A DNA stretch of 64,000 nucleotides from Candidatus Omnitrophota bacterium (GCA_029261055.1 JAJDCA010000044.1:77867-141866); one strand, 5' to 3'; shown: positions 53,801 to 61,497, counted from the first letter of the stretch. Notes: generated from the letters alone by a model not told the origin. Program-made: numbers and translations.

Positions 53801-54517
53801 TGGATTCAATCATATCCAGAAACAAAAGTATTAACTGATACCGGCTATTTAGACAAAGATTATAGTGCAGAAAATCCTTATAAATTAAAACATCAAAAAG
53901 ACTATGTAGTTGAGATAGGGACAAAAACAGTTGCTTTTTCTCAGGATTATCTTCAAAAATTACATAAAAAAATCGGAAAAAATATTGAAAAAATACAAAC
54001 AAAAAATTCCGGTTTTTTATATATCAAATTCAAAAATAATAAAAATATCCCCGTTTTTACTAGCGATAAAGAAGGTCAAATAACACTTCCTAATTTTATT
54101 GCTCTTCGGGAACCTTGGAGAACTAATCTTCATCCTGAAACCGAACTTTTCGATTCTGCCATGATCAATATCAAAAACGCCCCCCAAGAAGGTGGTATCA
54201 ACCTTAACATGGCGGCGGCGCAGTTTAAGAGGGTAAAGGATCAAAACGGTGGGGTGGCGCCTTTGTTGAGCAATCAGGAATTGCTCAATCTAAATATTCC
54301 TGGACTGATTCCGAAGCTGCGTAGCCTGACACCATTTATCATTCCACCCGGACTCCCAGCCCTCATCGGCCCAACCGGTTGGTTAAATACTGTACCGGGA
54401 GACAGCACAGATACAACCATCCCCGACCAATTCTCCGCCCTGGGGCCTATGGAGAAAAGACAGCGGTTAATCCTGGTTTCACCCAAGCAATCTTTTGTAA
54501 CGCATGTTATAGGTTAA
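44837..54517 (+). CDS. giant secreted paralog P3 (3226 aa): conserved N-terminal family domain, coiled coils, HEAT-like repeats, MgtE-N-like segment, Pro/Thr linkers, one TM helix near aa 2540, conserved C-terminal motif
   Basis: Single intact ORF in the track; AGGAG SD at 44822-44826; signal peptide ...SSIIPPQRAQAQV; the N-terminal 340 aa align with P1/P2/P4. Confidence 0.85.
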   Translation: MNIYLEKRKTCLLYRILAAFICFTFIFSSIIPPQRAQAQVMPTSGTILNLPVPGTMVPATDAYQPPIIRGVALNPEDPLNLNFIIDRGDNRLEGKDLENESQKLIKYFLAALTVPEEEMWVNLSPYESDRIIPNTFGDTEMGRDLLAQDYMLKQLTASLMYPEEELGEDFWAKVYDRAYEEYGTTDIPMNTFNKVWIVPEEAEVYEYDANAVVTKSRLKVMLEEDYVALQNNLGVDEFGLNSLSAEDAGITSGISSEVVREIILPEIEWEVNHGKTFANLRQIYNSMILATWYKEALTESFLGQVYIDQNKTEGVDTQDKQINQKIYKQYVEAFNKGVYDYIREDYDPTTELIVPRRYFSGGAAMRTSKKLNVIDIAMLPTSFINRAAAGVSELQLPILEDTETVPDDLTEMDKIDPLASESVPDYLSETDIPVQPLTLSEKFSEFTKSLEGGDIVSASKELGELKGHIDNLQNVERKKVAKSLNKKLNNFKKQLDKLEKINRTIIKKRVRDIKDLNAMPMGIENSEEINYLISKLENFLATGELNLKELEEFKTSYSTSGFKSIREFIANHPRLEKGSKLAVLTVIALSTAVSMGAAATQSESPQEFIKNLINVDTDLNNTAVANLLEIPEIKELGERYLAGELTEKEYESLAETLKNGNPEIQKLIVTIYQTALAQNIDLDEQGSEALQENQSNPLSLFARTENWVSNQLDSDLEAGALTEDSPANIHTLNPQEVRNVMDGLDDIDYEESPDAIKKAIKVVTNYLNLDSTDPTNDKVTQGNIKIAFKILDKIVDQNENNMTPDMKAATSADLISYIQDSQNSADNIISAIKLVSEIGGENNLEELKTFNKDLKNKYEKSVNEGKQLEQELKQLKRNLDNNPYPKGSFARDIDQNTYDNTLESLKVNQDNIKNLDKIIDTMGDVINDITEREGIVDHQKINELKSQETKLQKEIEQSVSEVKQLKEELKQLKQNLDNNPYPKGDFARDIDQNTYDNTKDALEDKEGDLKKQQDQLKVVEKSLKQIEKGNQGDGLLTRGVKAVTGAAKTVVNVISGDDTQESPTAETIEKIRADLQKKALSDLRSNESSVRRAAVNLLSDIGDEEAIKRLDKIANNDTNPVIKIEASTALDNIQERAGEPPSTIATDEVIKQLESKLQQLEEDAPLNPDGTTKTLSDFPHPGGTKANYGDFMEYGRQRAAIDELQSQIDDLKEILASFTTASAGGEAAGGGDGSGGPDDDDKKSKEALKTLPSVSQITSTHIANIENSSDESVKQESLKVLTRAALDGILSEKDIKNVIATIEELPTPDGIIEKEQAYTIKMQTKVLELMQDILNRMDSDNDRQKSLSTVTELSKSDLGIPANSSVNTLGTGQFAGNIENVKDLFVDSFKTAGDSLPELMKMSASPTNTLSNPRIGSSFFSESGVEKFADIPFDLNDSSDRWLLNKVVSFLETNVISSDVDDYFKTNIIKALTALGLPRSIDVISSIDTTDIDLKQDIEKTITTLQQRWGITPPSNIVPETEDQANTKLTERLHQFDNSKVRALTPDIVNDAIKGMDHPDNETKQTAIHIIGDVLGSKIPVPDEVIDKLIASTGTSTPELQVPSFKALFEGALNNKISQENIETVQSMPYDPTSDAQNRDREILIEIYQVKQNITDVQMNNDAPLVQKTAITDLEEKIKKTTGSNIPILRDRLIPEALETLVAQTYNPNVETSVREHAIISVGNLADSTPGITHENFKNYIPEGSNKSIGETLTYLATNDLDEGVQNAAKEALKKIDLVSTAPTVILSPKPVEIPTPTENAEIKAQINEISSIDPTNFTSDDITAVVAGIEHPTKEIQKAAVEKAGDIIENNKKPPQQLVDGFIKNLTDDTGKNNIPIYNELLNAIRQDKVLTDQGDTLRKIANDDNDPRSSVAKNFHDDYLLHQEIFKLSSDSLKDNSFGRTTIIYNLQEFIINSQTLEHLSGIDAIAKLAIDDSNFLVREVAVTVLGSLTDVDRFSNIKDHKPEGVGGTIEDIVKAIATASIESGLTNDEKEAAQDLKTAAQEALVKLQSSTQSAKPTITPGPTETASPTPTPGPSPTPNATPDPTSTDDTANLENFNTKISKINDEMKIFKHKYANKDIPEAEAQQIQILLKEMKNLVKNTIEKGNVTPEMVDQINTTSSTFNIHGVLKVDSHEDYTGTHGEKLNTNLVIYLDNDGYITADKIEIPDPSPTPSATPTSTPIVTPTPTPEGNMQLLANIYANMKPKDAANLMSNMDTETAKKMIPLMPQEKVTKILELMDPLQAENINPQTTPTTEAEIGSKIDDLLESLSKPIDGKKDPKNYGTDKKPMFALSIVGISPDTQSRESVIDELVVLAKNNPEATNQILTKLFDHKYIQSHLDKNNQSLAPLISILERIDPGLKLVEDKIQTLINSPNLDVSTAGNIFLLSQTLEVKGIYEEFKNVLSAIDRSDTNSLKNDIEALLREVFQFFYDDNQDKKDLRIEKNVQDNIVKIGNLLKDMAKQNPEQLTSAKAYDIIDNADYLTLDDKNRIKAQISTGQGYYAIVYLLLVGVVGSISGAILIQRKKSFNKKLAAIHDAIVKDKHYLTAITLFNDEKFKGRKRRQVIQHIQTIADNQNNQFERTVQSLAQSILQEIQSGGDDNDLKKIVVKTPSNTSTDGGESEEKTAVDLISRGETQITEVLNLVSTSKWTNEKATWIRSSAALLRKLRNNFEKQLTLLNPTDAKKAKIMLMSQLKTLSKYSNLQWTKENFKNEKKFLESVVNTYQSSIESSTQFSIHQQQLQTISMLNTLFLFMGRTHELPHSEITLEPKEKIVDGFTGLPPEEVTEVHKDIFSILNDWAVDTVVGKAALKVPGFATKDSVIGIEYNGEAFAIRMKENNKHEGINVVVGGKKFIVPVCPLCQYVAFDADDLAKNMGFEGEDVVGFVSGLLRQTGLNHPNGFGVMLLGERSSQNLISLHKRMFLTGPNKGEPLKVHPITLTTLNEWIQSYPETKVLTDTGYLDKDYSAENPYKLKHQKDYVVEIGTKTVAFSQDYLQKLHKKIGKNIEKIQTKNSGFLYIKFKNNKNIPVFTSDKEGQITLPNFIALREPWRTNLHPETELFDSAMINIKNAPQEGGINLNMAAAQFKRVKDQNGGVAPLLSNQELLNLNIPGLIPKLRSLTPFIIPPGLPALIGPTGWLNTVPGDSTDTTIPDQFSALGPMEKRQRLILVSPKQSFVTHVIG
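47437..47841 (+). repeat. internal tandem duplication in P3: two roughly 110-nt near-identical segments about 291 bp (97 codons) apart, encoding ...LKQLK(R/Q)NLDNNPYPKG(S/D)FARDIDQNTYDNT...
   Basis: Nucleotide and protein repeats seen directly; hand-derived coordinates are approximate (a few nt). Confidence 0.7.
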
Positions 54518-54572
54518 ATAGTTATCAAAATAAAAGAATGGAAGCTCATTAAAAATAGTGTATACTTTAAAT

Positions 54573-55046
54573 ATGAAAAAGTTACGAATATACATGGACA
54601 CATCAATTTACAACTTTGTGATTGCTGATGATGTTCCCCGCGAAAGGGAAGTCACATTAAAACTGATTGACGAAATTAAACATGGTAAATATGAAGTGTT
54701 TATCTCTGATGTTGTTGTACGTGAAATAAACGACGCCCCGGATAATATTGCGTTAAAATTACGAGATGTGATCAATGAGGTCAGCCCAACAGATATTCCT
54801 ATTGATGAAGAAGTGGAAACTTTGGCGGACAAATATGTGGCCGAAAAAATTATTCCTGAAAAATATCGCGACGATGCCCTTCATATAGCTGCAGCATCTA
54901 TTCATAATATGGATGTTATTGTTAGCTGGAATTTTAAGCATATTGTCAAATTAAAAACAAAAAAAGAAGTTGTCGGCATTAATTCATTAATGGGATATAA
55001 AGAAATTGAAATATATTCCCCTATGGAGGTTATTGAAAATGATTAA
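54573..55046 (+). CDS. PIN-domain protein (VapC-like toxin) cassette inserted after P3
   Basis: IYMDTSIY N-terminal Asp motif, DDALHIAAAS and VSWNFKHIV PIN signatures; the TATACT at 54561-54566 lies only 6 nt upstream of the ATG, too close to act as a -10 for this start. Confidence 0.65.
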   Translation: MKKLRIYMDTSIYNFVIADDVPREREVTLKLIDEIKHGKYEVFISDVVVREINDAPDNIALKLRDVINEVSPTDIPIDEEVETLADKYVAEKIIPEKYRDDALHIAAASIHNMDVIVSWNFKHIVKLKTKKEVVGINSLMGYKEIEIYSPMEVIEND

Positions 55047-55209
55047 AGAACCCAAACCTATGCAAGAAATTCATGCCATTCAAGAAAAAATTTATGAGGA
55101 AGAAAAAAATCTAACAGTCAAAGAAAAATTAAATCGTCTTCATGAAAAAGCAATGGCTGCAAAAAACCGATTGGGGTTAAAAATTAAAACTTTATCTCAA
55201 ACTGTATAA
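55006..55209 (+). CDS. small charged helical protein, possible cognate antitoxin (overlaps the PIN gene end)
   Basis: 67 aa, coiled-coil-like, 41-nt overlap. Confidence 0.3.
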   Translation: MKYIPLWRLLKMIKEPKPMQEIHAIQEKIYEEEKNLTVKEKLNRLHEKAMAAKNRLGLKIKTLSQTV

Positions 55210-55216
55210 AAGGCTT

Positions 55217-55474
55217 CCGCCTTTGTTGAGTAATCAGGAATTGCTTAATTTGAATATTATCGGACTCGTGCCTGACCTCCGTAGTATCACACCATTTATC
55301 GTTCCCCCCGGACTCCCAGCCCTCATCGGCCCAACTGGTTGGCTGAACACTGTACCGGATGACACGCAAGACACAACCACCCACGACCAGTTCTCCGCCC
55401 TAGGGCCTATGAAGAAAAGACAGAGGTTAACTCTAGTTTCGCCAAAACGATTCTTTGTGGCGAATGTTGTATAA
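55217..55474 (+). pseudogene. orphan duplicate of the last 85 codons of P3 (about 85% nt identity to 54255..54517), no upstream gene body
   Basis: Direct nucleotide comparison: LSNQELLNLNI.GL.P.LRS.TPFI.PPGLPALIGPTGWLNTVP...FSALGPM.KRQRL.LVSPK... Confidence 0.65.
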
Positions 55475-55592
55475 AGTGCAATTATCCAGCCTTCATTGGC
55501 TAAACTGATTACCCATTTCCACAATTTCACCGACGAGATATATCCTAAATTCCAAAATTATCGACCAAGAAATAAATTGGCGCAGCGCCTTG

Positions 55593-55607
55593 AAATATGG
55601 CATACTT
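55593..55607 (+). promoter_or_regulatory. second copy of the AAATATGGCATACTT motif, 39 nt upstream of the P4 start
   Basis: Exact match to 44699-44713. Confidence 0.4.
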
Positions 55608-55645
55608 TTACTAAAGTTATAAAACCATAATACAATTTTAGAACT

Positions 55646-58600
55646 ATGAATAATTATTTACATTTCAGACAAAAAAATTTAGGTTATCGTATTTTAGCTG
55701 TTTTTGTGTGTTTTACATTTATAGCTGCTACGCTGACACCGCCGCAATACGCCCACGCGCAGGTTGCGCCTACCGCCGGGACTGTTCTTAATCTTCCTTT
55801 CCCCGGAAGCATGATTCAATCGACCGATGCGTTTACGCCTGTTTCTCTGTGGGGCATAACGCTTGATCCTCAGGATCCATTTAAATTTTATTTCACACTC
55901 GATAAAGGGCATACCGGTTTATCCGGTGAGGATTTGGAAGCGGAGGCGACACAATTGGCGAAATATTTTCTGGCGGCCTTAACCGTTCCGGAAGAAGAAA
56001 TGTGGGTAAATCTTTCGCCGTATGAAAAAAATCGTATCATTCCGCAAAGCTTCGGGGATACCGAAATGGGACGTGATCTATTGGCCCAGGATTATCTTTT
56101 AAAGCAACTCACCGCCTCGTTAATGTATCCAGAAGAGGATATTGGGGAAAATTTTTGGGAACGCATTTACGCCAAAGCCTATGAAAAGTATGGGACAACC
56201 GATATTCCGATGGATACGTTTCACAAGGTCTGGATCGTGCCGGAGCGTGCGCGTGTGGTGGAGGAAGGTAACAGTGCGTATATTGTGGATAGTTATTTGA
56301 AGGTGATGTTAGAGGATGATTATGTTGCTGCGCAACATAATCGTGGCGCGTCGCTCGTGACTCGTGACTCGGAAATAAAATCAAATTTGAAACGCGCCAC
56401 GCGTCACGAGCGACTAGCGACGAACCTTATCCGCGAAATAATCATTCCCGAAATCGAACGCGAGGTCAATGAAGGCGCAACATTCGCGAAGTTACGGCAG
56501 ATTTACCAATCCATGATTCTGGCCACATGGTACAAAATCCGCATGGAAGAAAGCCTGCTCGGTCAAATTTATGTCGATCAAAACAAAACCAAAGGTGTCG
56601 ATACGCATGATAAAAAAATAAATCAAAAAATCTACAATCAATATATCGCCGCCTTCCAGGAAGGCGTTTACGACTACATCAAAGAAGACTACGACCCAAT
56701 CACCCAAACCATTGTCCCGCGTAAATATTTTTCGGGGGGATTTTCTGGAAAACTAAGAAATTTCCTTATTATTATGAGCGCTACAGCAGCAATTAGTGCG
56801 GGCATCATATTCTCCAATTTAGGAATATCCAACGCAGGTACTTTTGATAGCCCAGGAAAAGAAACAGTTGCTGTAAGTCTGGTTAGTACTTCAAATAAAG
56901 GTCCTTCTACAATTAGAGATAGAAATAATGAAATACGTAAAAAACGCCATTCTAATAAAACCACTGTTGTTCAAAAAAAGGAAACCTTAAAAAAACCCCA
57001 AGAACAGAGTAATCCAATAAAAAACCTTACTTGGCAATTTAATGACAGTCTCAATGAAATAACAAAAAATAAGAAACAGGTCTCATCAACAACTGTAATT
57101 CAGCCCAATGATCCGTTGACTCCACTCGCAGATAATAAAATAACGCCTGAAACAAAAACAGACGACAATCAAGAAATTTCGAAACCGAAAGTGACAGTAG
57201 TTGATGAACCTCAGGATAATAACCTGAATGAATCAAATGAAATAAAAGTAACCGAAACATCGATAAAACAATCAAACGAAACCACTGAGCAGCCATCCAT
57301 ATCCGATGTCGACACTACTACTGAACAAAATGTCCAAACCACTCAAAATGATACTCTGGAAATCCAACCCCTGTCCATAGAAACTGACACTACGAAAGAG
57401 GAAAAATCCTCTTCAGGAAGTGACATACAAATTACAGAAACTATCAAAGAACCTACTACCAGCACCCAAGAACTAGTAAACCAATTTAAAAAAGATATTT
57501 CCGGAAACATTGATATTGAAGAAAATAAGCTTGCTGCAATACCTATTGCTCAACATTTAAAAGACAATCCTACTGATTGGGATGAATTTGCAAATATGGT
57601 TTTAACTGACCCAGATTATGATACGATCACCAAAATACTTCCCAATTTGTATTCGGTAGTTGATTTTGATAAATTGGAAATTTTACTTAAAAATCTTTCC
57701 GAAAGTCTATACGGCTATTGGAATTCCGTATTACAAAATAAGGCCACGAAAATACTCGAAGACCTCCAGCAGAAAGAATTCGACAGGATAATAAATAACT
57801 TCGTTAGTACCATTATTAATGGTGAATTAAATGATTATGACACTCACGAATACCCATTGATTGCCTTCGTAAAAAAACATCGCTTTCTATACCCAAAAAT
57901 GCAAGACACCTTATCTAATTATGACAATCAAGCAGTTAGAAAAATTTACCAACAGGATATTCTTCCGGAATTTGAAAATAGTGCAATCAAGACTATTAAA
58001 AATAAAGTACCGGAAAATGTCGACAATAAAGCCTCACAATTTATTAAAGAAAGACTTCCTGGTGATGAAGTTGAATCCATTAATATCGATATCAATAACC
58101 TTATGCCTTCCGGAGGTGTGGGGGAAACCTTATTAACAAATTATTTAAAAGAAAAAGGCATATACCTAATTTCTCTATTGTTAGGCGTAGGGAGCCTTGG
58201 CTTTTTTATATTGATTTGGGGGAAAAAATGGATATCAGAATTTTTTATGAAAAGAACATCTGTTAACTCTACTACATCAAGAAATATTAATAAAACATCA
58301 AACAAACAAATGCAAATTAATCCTATCAAAACCAATTTTCCACCGAATAACTCTCCAAAATCTATTGAAGATCCTAATAATGCACCTACTTTTCTAAATA
58401 CAATTCAACGTAAACCTTCTTGGATCATTGATGTACCGTCATCGATTTATGATGTACAAATGAAATTATCCCAAAAAAATATCAAACTAAAAAATGATTT
58501 ACTAAATATCATTGTAAATGTGGCAAAACCCACCAGATCTGATCTAAATACTGTCAAAGCTATCAAAATAGCACAAAAACTTGATTTTCACATTGCAAGC

Positions 58601-59590
58601 GATGTCTTGTATTATTTGATACTTAGAGAAGGGGACAGTGATGAAATTAAAAATGTATTTAAAGGCATTGCCAAAATAGCCAGGTTTATCCTTGAAGAAA
58701 GTAAAATTGAGAAGACATATTTTGACTCATTGTTGAAAGGTACTGTTAACGAATCTGCACGTGGAATAACTCCAGAAATGATTACTGTTTGGATAAACAA
58801 TTTAACGTCTTCTGATGTTAAAATAAATCATGAAGCAGCCGATCACCTTATTGAAGTTGTCGCAGGGATGACCACTGAAAGTAGTACAACGTTGCTGCCA
58901 CAGGAAAAAATTTCACAAATTATTGCAAATCTAAATACTCATTCTCCAGGGACTGTTTTTTATTCAAGCATGGTTCTGCGCGCATTGCTTTACAAGAGTA
59001 TTTATGTGATTAAACAATTGCAGAATAATAAAAATGAAAAAACCAATTTAGTTTTGAATGATGCTATCGACCAAATTGAAATTATCCAAACACGCGGACA
59101 TAATGCAATTGTTAATGATAAAAATACAATGCCTTTAAGGTTACCTTTCCTAAATGGTTACCCATCAGAATTAAAAAAGGTGATATCCATGGAAAAATTA
59201 AGGAAATCTAATATTAGAAATCGAGCAGTCACTAATCGATTAGATGAAGTAGTGAAGCATGCTGACGATCTGGCTGTTGATATTGCCATGCACGTAAACC
59301 AAGACGAAGAGTTAGGCTACGGTGGTATCAACCTGGACCGTGCAATGATGGATTTTGTGATTGAGCGGGATGCGGAAGGGATGCCATTGCCGGTCAGCCA
59401 ACAGCCAGTGGAGCATATCCGTATGAATCTGGAAGGTTTCCGACCGATCGTGGAAATCGCTCCGTTGATCTTGCCGGCGTTCTTAAGTTTACTTGATCAA
59501 AACGCCCCCAACACACATCCCAACCAGGATGAACTTTCCGCCCTAAGCCCCGTAGATAAAAAAAATCTAATAAACTCCGCAGCATTTTAA
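55646..59590 (+). CDS. giant secreted paralog P4 (1314 aa): conserved N-terminal family domain, Ser/Thr/Glu-rich low-complexity region, two hydrophobic segments, conserved C-terminal motif
   Basis: Signal peptide ...TLTPPQYAHAQV; N-terminal alignment with P1-P3; C-terminal GGINLD...LPVSQQPVEHIRMNLEGFRPIVEIAPLILP motif. Confidence 0.85.
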   Translation: MNNYLHFRQKNLGYRILAVFVCFTFIAATLTPPQYAHAQVAPTAGTVLNLPFPGSMIQSTDAFTPVSLWGITLDPQDPFKFYFTLDKGHTGLSGEDLEAEATQLAKYFLAALTVPEEEMWVNLSPYEKNRIIPQSFGDTEMGRDLLAQDYLLKQLTASLMYPEEDIGENFWERIYAKAYEKYGTTDIPMDTFHKVWIVPERARVVEEGNSAYIVDSYLKVMLEDDYVAAQHNRGASLVTRDSEIKSNLKRATRHERLATNLIREIIIPEIEREVNEGATFAKLRQIYQSMILATWYKIRMEESLLGQIYVDQNKTKGVDTHDKKINQKIYNQYIAAFQEGVYDYIKEDYDPITQTIVPRKYFSGGFSGKLRNFLIIMSATAAISAGIIFSNLGISNAGTFDSPGKETVAVSLVSTSNKGPSTIRDRNNEIRKKRHSNKTTVVQKKETLKKPQEQSNPIKNLTWQFNDSLNEITKNKKQVSSTTVIQPNDPLTPLADNKITPETKTDDNQEISKPKVTVVDEPQDNNLNESNEIKVTETSIKQSNETTEQPSISDVDTTTEQNVQTTQNDTLEIQPLSIETDTTKEEKSSSGSDIQITETIKEPTTSTQELVNQFKKDISGNIDIEENKLAAIPIAQHLKDNPTDWDEFANMVLTDPDYDTITKILPNLYSVVDFDKLEILLKNLSESLYGYWNSVLQNKATKILEDLQQKEFDRIINNFVSTIINGELNDYDTHEYPLIAFVKKHRFLYPKMQDTLSNYDNQAVRKIYQQDILPEFENSAIKTIKNKVPENVDNKASQFIKERLPGDEVESINIDINNLMPSGGVGETLLTNYLKEKGIYLISLLLGVGSLGFFILIWGKKWISEFFMKRTSVNSTTSRNINKTSNKQMQINPIKTNFPPNNSPKSIEDPNNAPTFLNTIQRKPSWIIDVPSSIYDVQMKLSQKNIKLKNDLLNIIVNVAKPTRSDLNTVKAIKIAQKLDFHIASDVLYYLILREGDSDEIKNVFKGIAKIARFILEESKIEKTYFDSLLKGTVNESARGITPEMITVWINNLTSSDVKINHEAADHLIEVVAGMTTESSTTLLPQEKISQIIANLNTHSPGTVFYSSMVLRALLYKSIYVIKQLQNNKNEKTNLVLNDAIDQIEIIQTRGHNAIVNDKNTMPLRLPFLNGYPSELKKVISMEKLRKSNIRNRAVTNRLDEVVKHADDLAVDIAMHVNQDEELGYGGINLDRAMMDFVIERDAEGMPLPVSQQPVEHIRMNLEGFRPIVEIAPLILPAFLSLLDQNAPNTHPNQDELSALSPVDKKNLINSAAF
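56344..56420. repeat. GC-rich palindromic element in-frame inside the P4 N-terminal domain: 12-bp inverted repeat gtcgctcgtgac(56350-56361)/gtcacgagcgac(56403-56414), outer tggcgcg/cgcgcca, tandem tcgtgac x2
   Basis: Seen in sequence; coincides exactly with the only segment of the family domain where P4 diverges from its paralogs (RGASLVTRDSEIKSNLKRATRHERLATN). Confidence 0.7.
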
Positions 59591-59643
59591 AACTTGACAT
59601 TTCCCTCTAATATGTCATACTTTGTATGACGGAGGTGATAAAA

Positions 59644-59898
59644 ATGAGAATAAATGCACGATTAGACTCAATTTATGAAGATAAAATCAAGCGCCTTGCC
59701 CATGAAACAAAAGAAAATGTCACAAATGTTTTAAAAAAGGCGATTGACTTGTATTATCAACATATCCAAAATACAACAAAACAACATACAGATATTATTC
59801 TTAAATCTACCTTTATCGGCTGCGCCGATGGTGACAAAAATCTTTCTAGCAATTACAAAAAACTCTTAAAAACATCATTAAAGAAAAAATGGTCATAG
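59644..59898 (+). CDS. ribbon-helix-helix (CopG-like) antitoxin
   Basis: MRINARLDSIYEDKIKRLAHETKENVTNVLKKAIDLYY; GGAGGTG SD; overlaps the PIN gene start. Confidence 0.6.
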   Translation: MRINARLDSIYEDKIKRLAHETKENVTNVLKKAIDLYYQHIQNTTKQHTDIILKSTFIGCADGDKNLSSNYKKLLKTSLKKKWS

Positions 59899-60308
59899 TC
59901 GATACTGGATTTTGGTTGGCTTTAGCGAACAATCGTGATCGATTTCATGATAAAGCGATTAACGTTTTAGAAAATTTATCCGAATCACTCATCACTACAT
60001 GGCCTGTTTTAACAGAAACATGCCATCTTTTGCTTAATCAACTAGGTCATCCCGCCTTGGAGAATTTTCTTCACATGTTTAGTCAAGGAGCTTTTTCTAC
60101 ATTTCCTTTAACGGATGAACATGCTTCACGGATAGAAAAACTTATTAAGAAATACAAAGATCTTCCTATGGACTTGGCTGATGCCTCCTTAGTGATCCTT
60201 GCTGAAGAACTGGGCCAAGGAAGAATTCTTTCAACGGATTTAAGAGATTTCCACACATATCGATGGAAACAGCATAAACCTTTTAAAAATCTTCTGATTG
60301 AAAATTAA
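59889..60308 (+). CDS. vapC: PIN-domain toxin (VapC-like)
   Basis: MVIVDTGFWLAL N-terminal motif, ...ILSTDLRDFHTY C-terminal motif. Confidence 0.75.
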   Translation: MVIVDTGFWLALANNRDRFHDKAINVLENLSESLITTWPVLTETCHLLLNQLGHPALENFLHMFSQGAFSTFPLTDEHASRIEKLIKKYKDLPMDLADASLVILAEELGQGRILSTDLRDFHTYRWKQHKPFKNLLIEN

Positions 60309-60348
60309 CATTCAAGAAATTGTCCAAAAGTAATTTAGACAACTCCTA

Positions 60349-61497
60349 ATGAAAAATTACACTCAAGATTTTCACCCATTCAAAGATCATATTTGGCTCA
60401 ACGCAGCCAGTGAAGGGCCTTTGCCTGTTTGTGCGGCTAAGGCCTTAGAAGAAGCTGTGCATTGGAAAAGCCTGCCGTACCTACTGGATATTCCAAAATT
60501 TGCTTCTGTCCCTGTCGGGCTTAAATCCAGTATCGGTAAACTGATTGGTGTGCCAGGGCGTGATGTGATTTTGGCCAATAGCGCCAGTTACGGTTTGCAT
60601 TTGTTGGCCAACGGGCTTCCCTGGCAAAAAAGGGATGAAATCCTTTTGATGCAAAATGATTTTCCAACGGATATCCTTCCGTGGCTGGCTCTTGAAAAAC
60701 AAGGCGTTAAAATTTCTCAAATCCCACCCAAAAAACATCTCCTGACACCGGATGAACTCCTGGCAAATATCACACCCCAAACAAAACTTGTCTGCCTGTC
60801 GCACGTCCATACATTTTCCGGGTTTATTTTAGACATACCAAAAATTGCCAAAATCTGCCAAGACAAAGGCATTTTGTTTGTCTTAAATATTTCTCAATCC
60901 GTAGGAAGCCTGCCGGTGGATATTTCCCAATTCCCTGTGGATGCGGTTGTGTCGGCCGGTTACAAATGGCTCTGTGGTCCGTACGGCACAGGGTTTTGCT
61001 GGATCAAGCCGGAGGTGAGGGAACAGCTTAACCTGAACCATGCTTATTGGGTTTCGCTAATGTCAGAACAAGATTTAAAAAGCACAGGTCCGCTATCCCT
61101 GAAGGAAGATACTTCGGCGCGAAAATTTGACATGTTCGGCACCGCAAACTTTTTTAATTTTGTCCCATTCAAAACAGCCATTGATTATTGGCTGGATATT
61201 GGATTAGAAAACGTCGCCACACACAATCAAAATTTAATCGATTACTTCATTGATCAACTCCCTGAAAGCACTTATGATTGCATCAGCCCGAAAGAGAAAG
61301 TTGAGCGATCTGGGCTAGTAGTGATTTCTCACAAAACTAAAGGGAACAATGCTAGAATATGGAGTAACGTGACGGCCAAAGGTATTCATACGGCTCTTTG
61401 GAAAAACAATATCCGCATCAGCCCTCATGTGTACAATACACAGGCCGAAATGGATATGTTGCTTGAAACTTTAAAAAAGGAATCGAAATGCACATAA
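60349..61497 (+). CDS. class-V aminotransferase-fold PLP enzyme (cysteine desulfurase/epimerase-like)
   Basis: 382 aa; SAGYKWLCGPYGTGF contains the PLP-lysine in the characteristic context. Confidence 0.75.
   Translation: MKNYTQDFHPFKDHIWLNAASEGPLPVCAAKALEEAVHWKSLPYLLDIPKFASVPVGLKSSIGKLIGVPGRDVILANSASYGLHLLANGLPWQKRDEILLMQNDFPTDILPWLALEKQGVKISQIPPKKHLLTPDELLANITPQTKLVCLSHVHTFSGFILDIPKIAKICQDKGILFVLNISQSVGSLPVDISQFPVDAVVSAGYKWLCGPYGTGFCWIKPEVREQLNLNHAYWVSLMSEQDLKSTGPLSLKEDTSARKFDMFGTANFFNFVPFKTAIDYWLDIGLENVATHNQNLIDYFIDQLPESTYDCISPKEKVERSGLVVISHKTKGNNARIWSNVTAKGIHTALWKNNIRISPHVYNTQAEMDMLLETLKKESKCT

Noticed and set aside
44837-54517. Possible frameshift in P3 near 47400-47460
   Set aside because: My hand translation of two text lines was off by one base relative to the provided track. 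The track reports a single uninterrupted 3226-aa ORF, so I attribute this to my manual indexing rather than a real frameshift
54558-55209. Interpreting the PIN gene after P3 as an immunity protein for a C-terminal toxin of P3
   Set aside because: PIN proteins are normally the toxic partner, and the C-terminus of P3 is the family-conserved motif, not a divergent toxin tip. Cassette insertion or an orphan module is the more parsimonious reading
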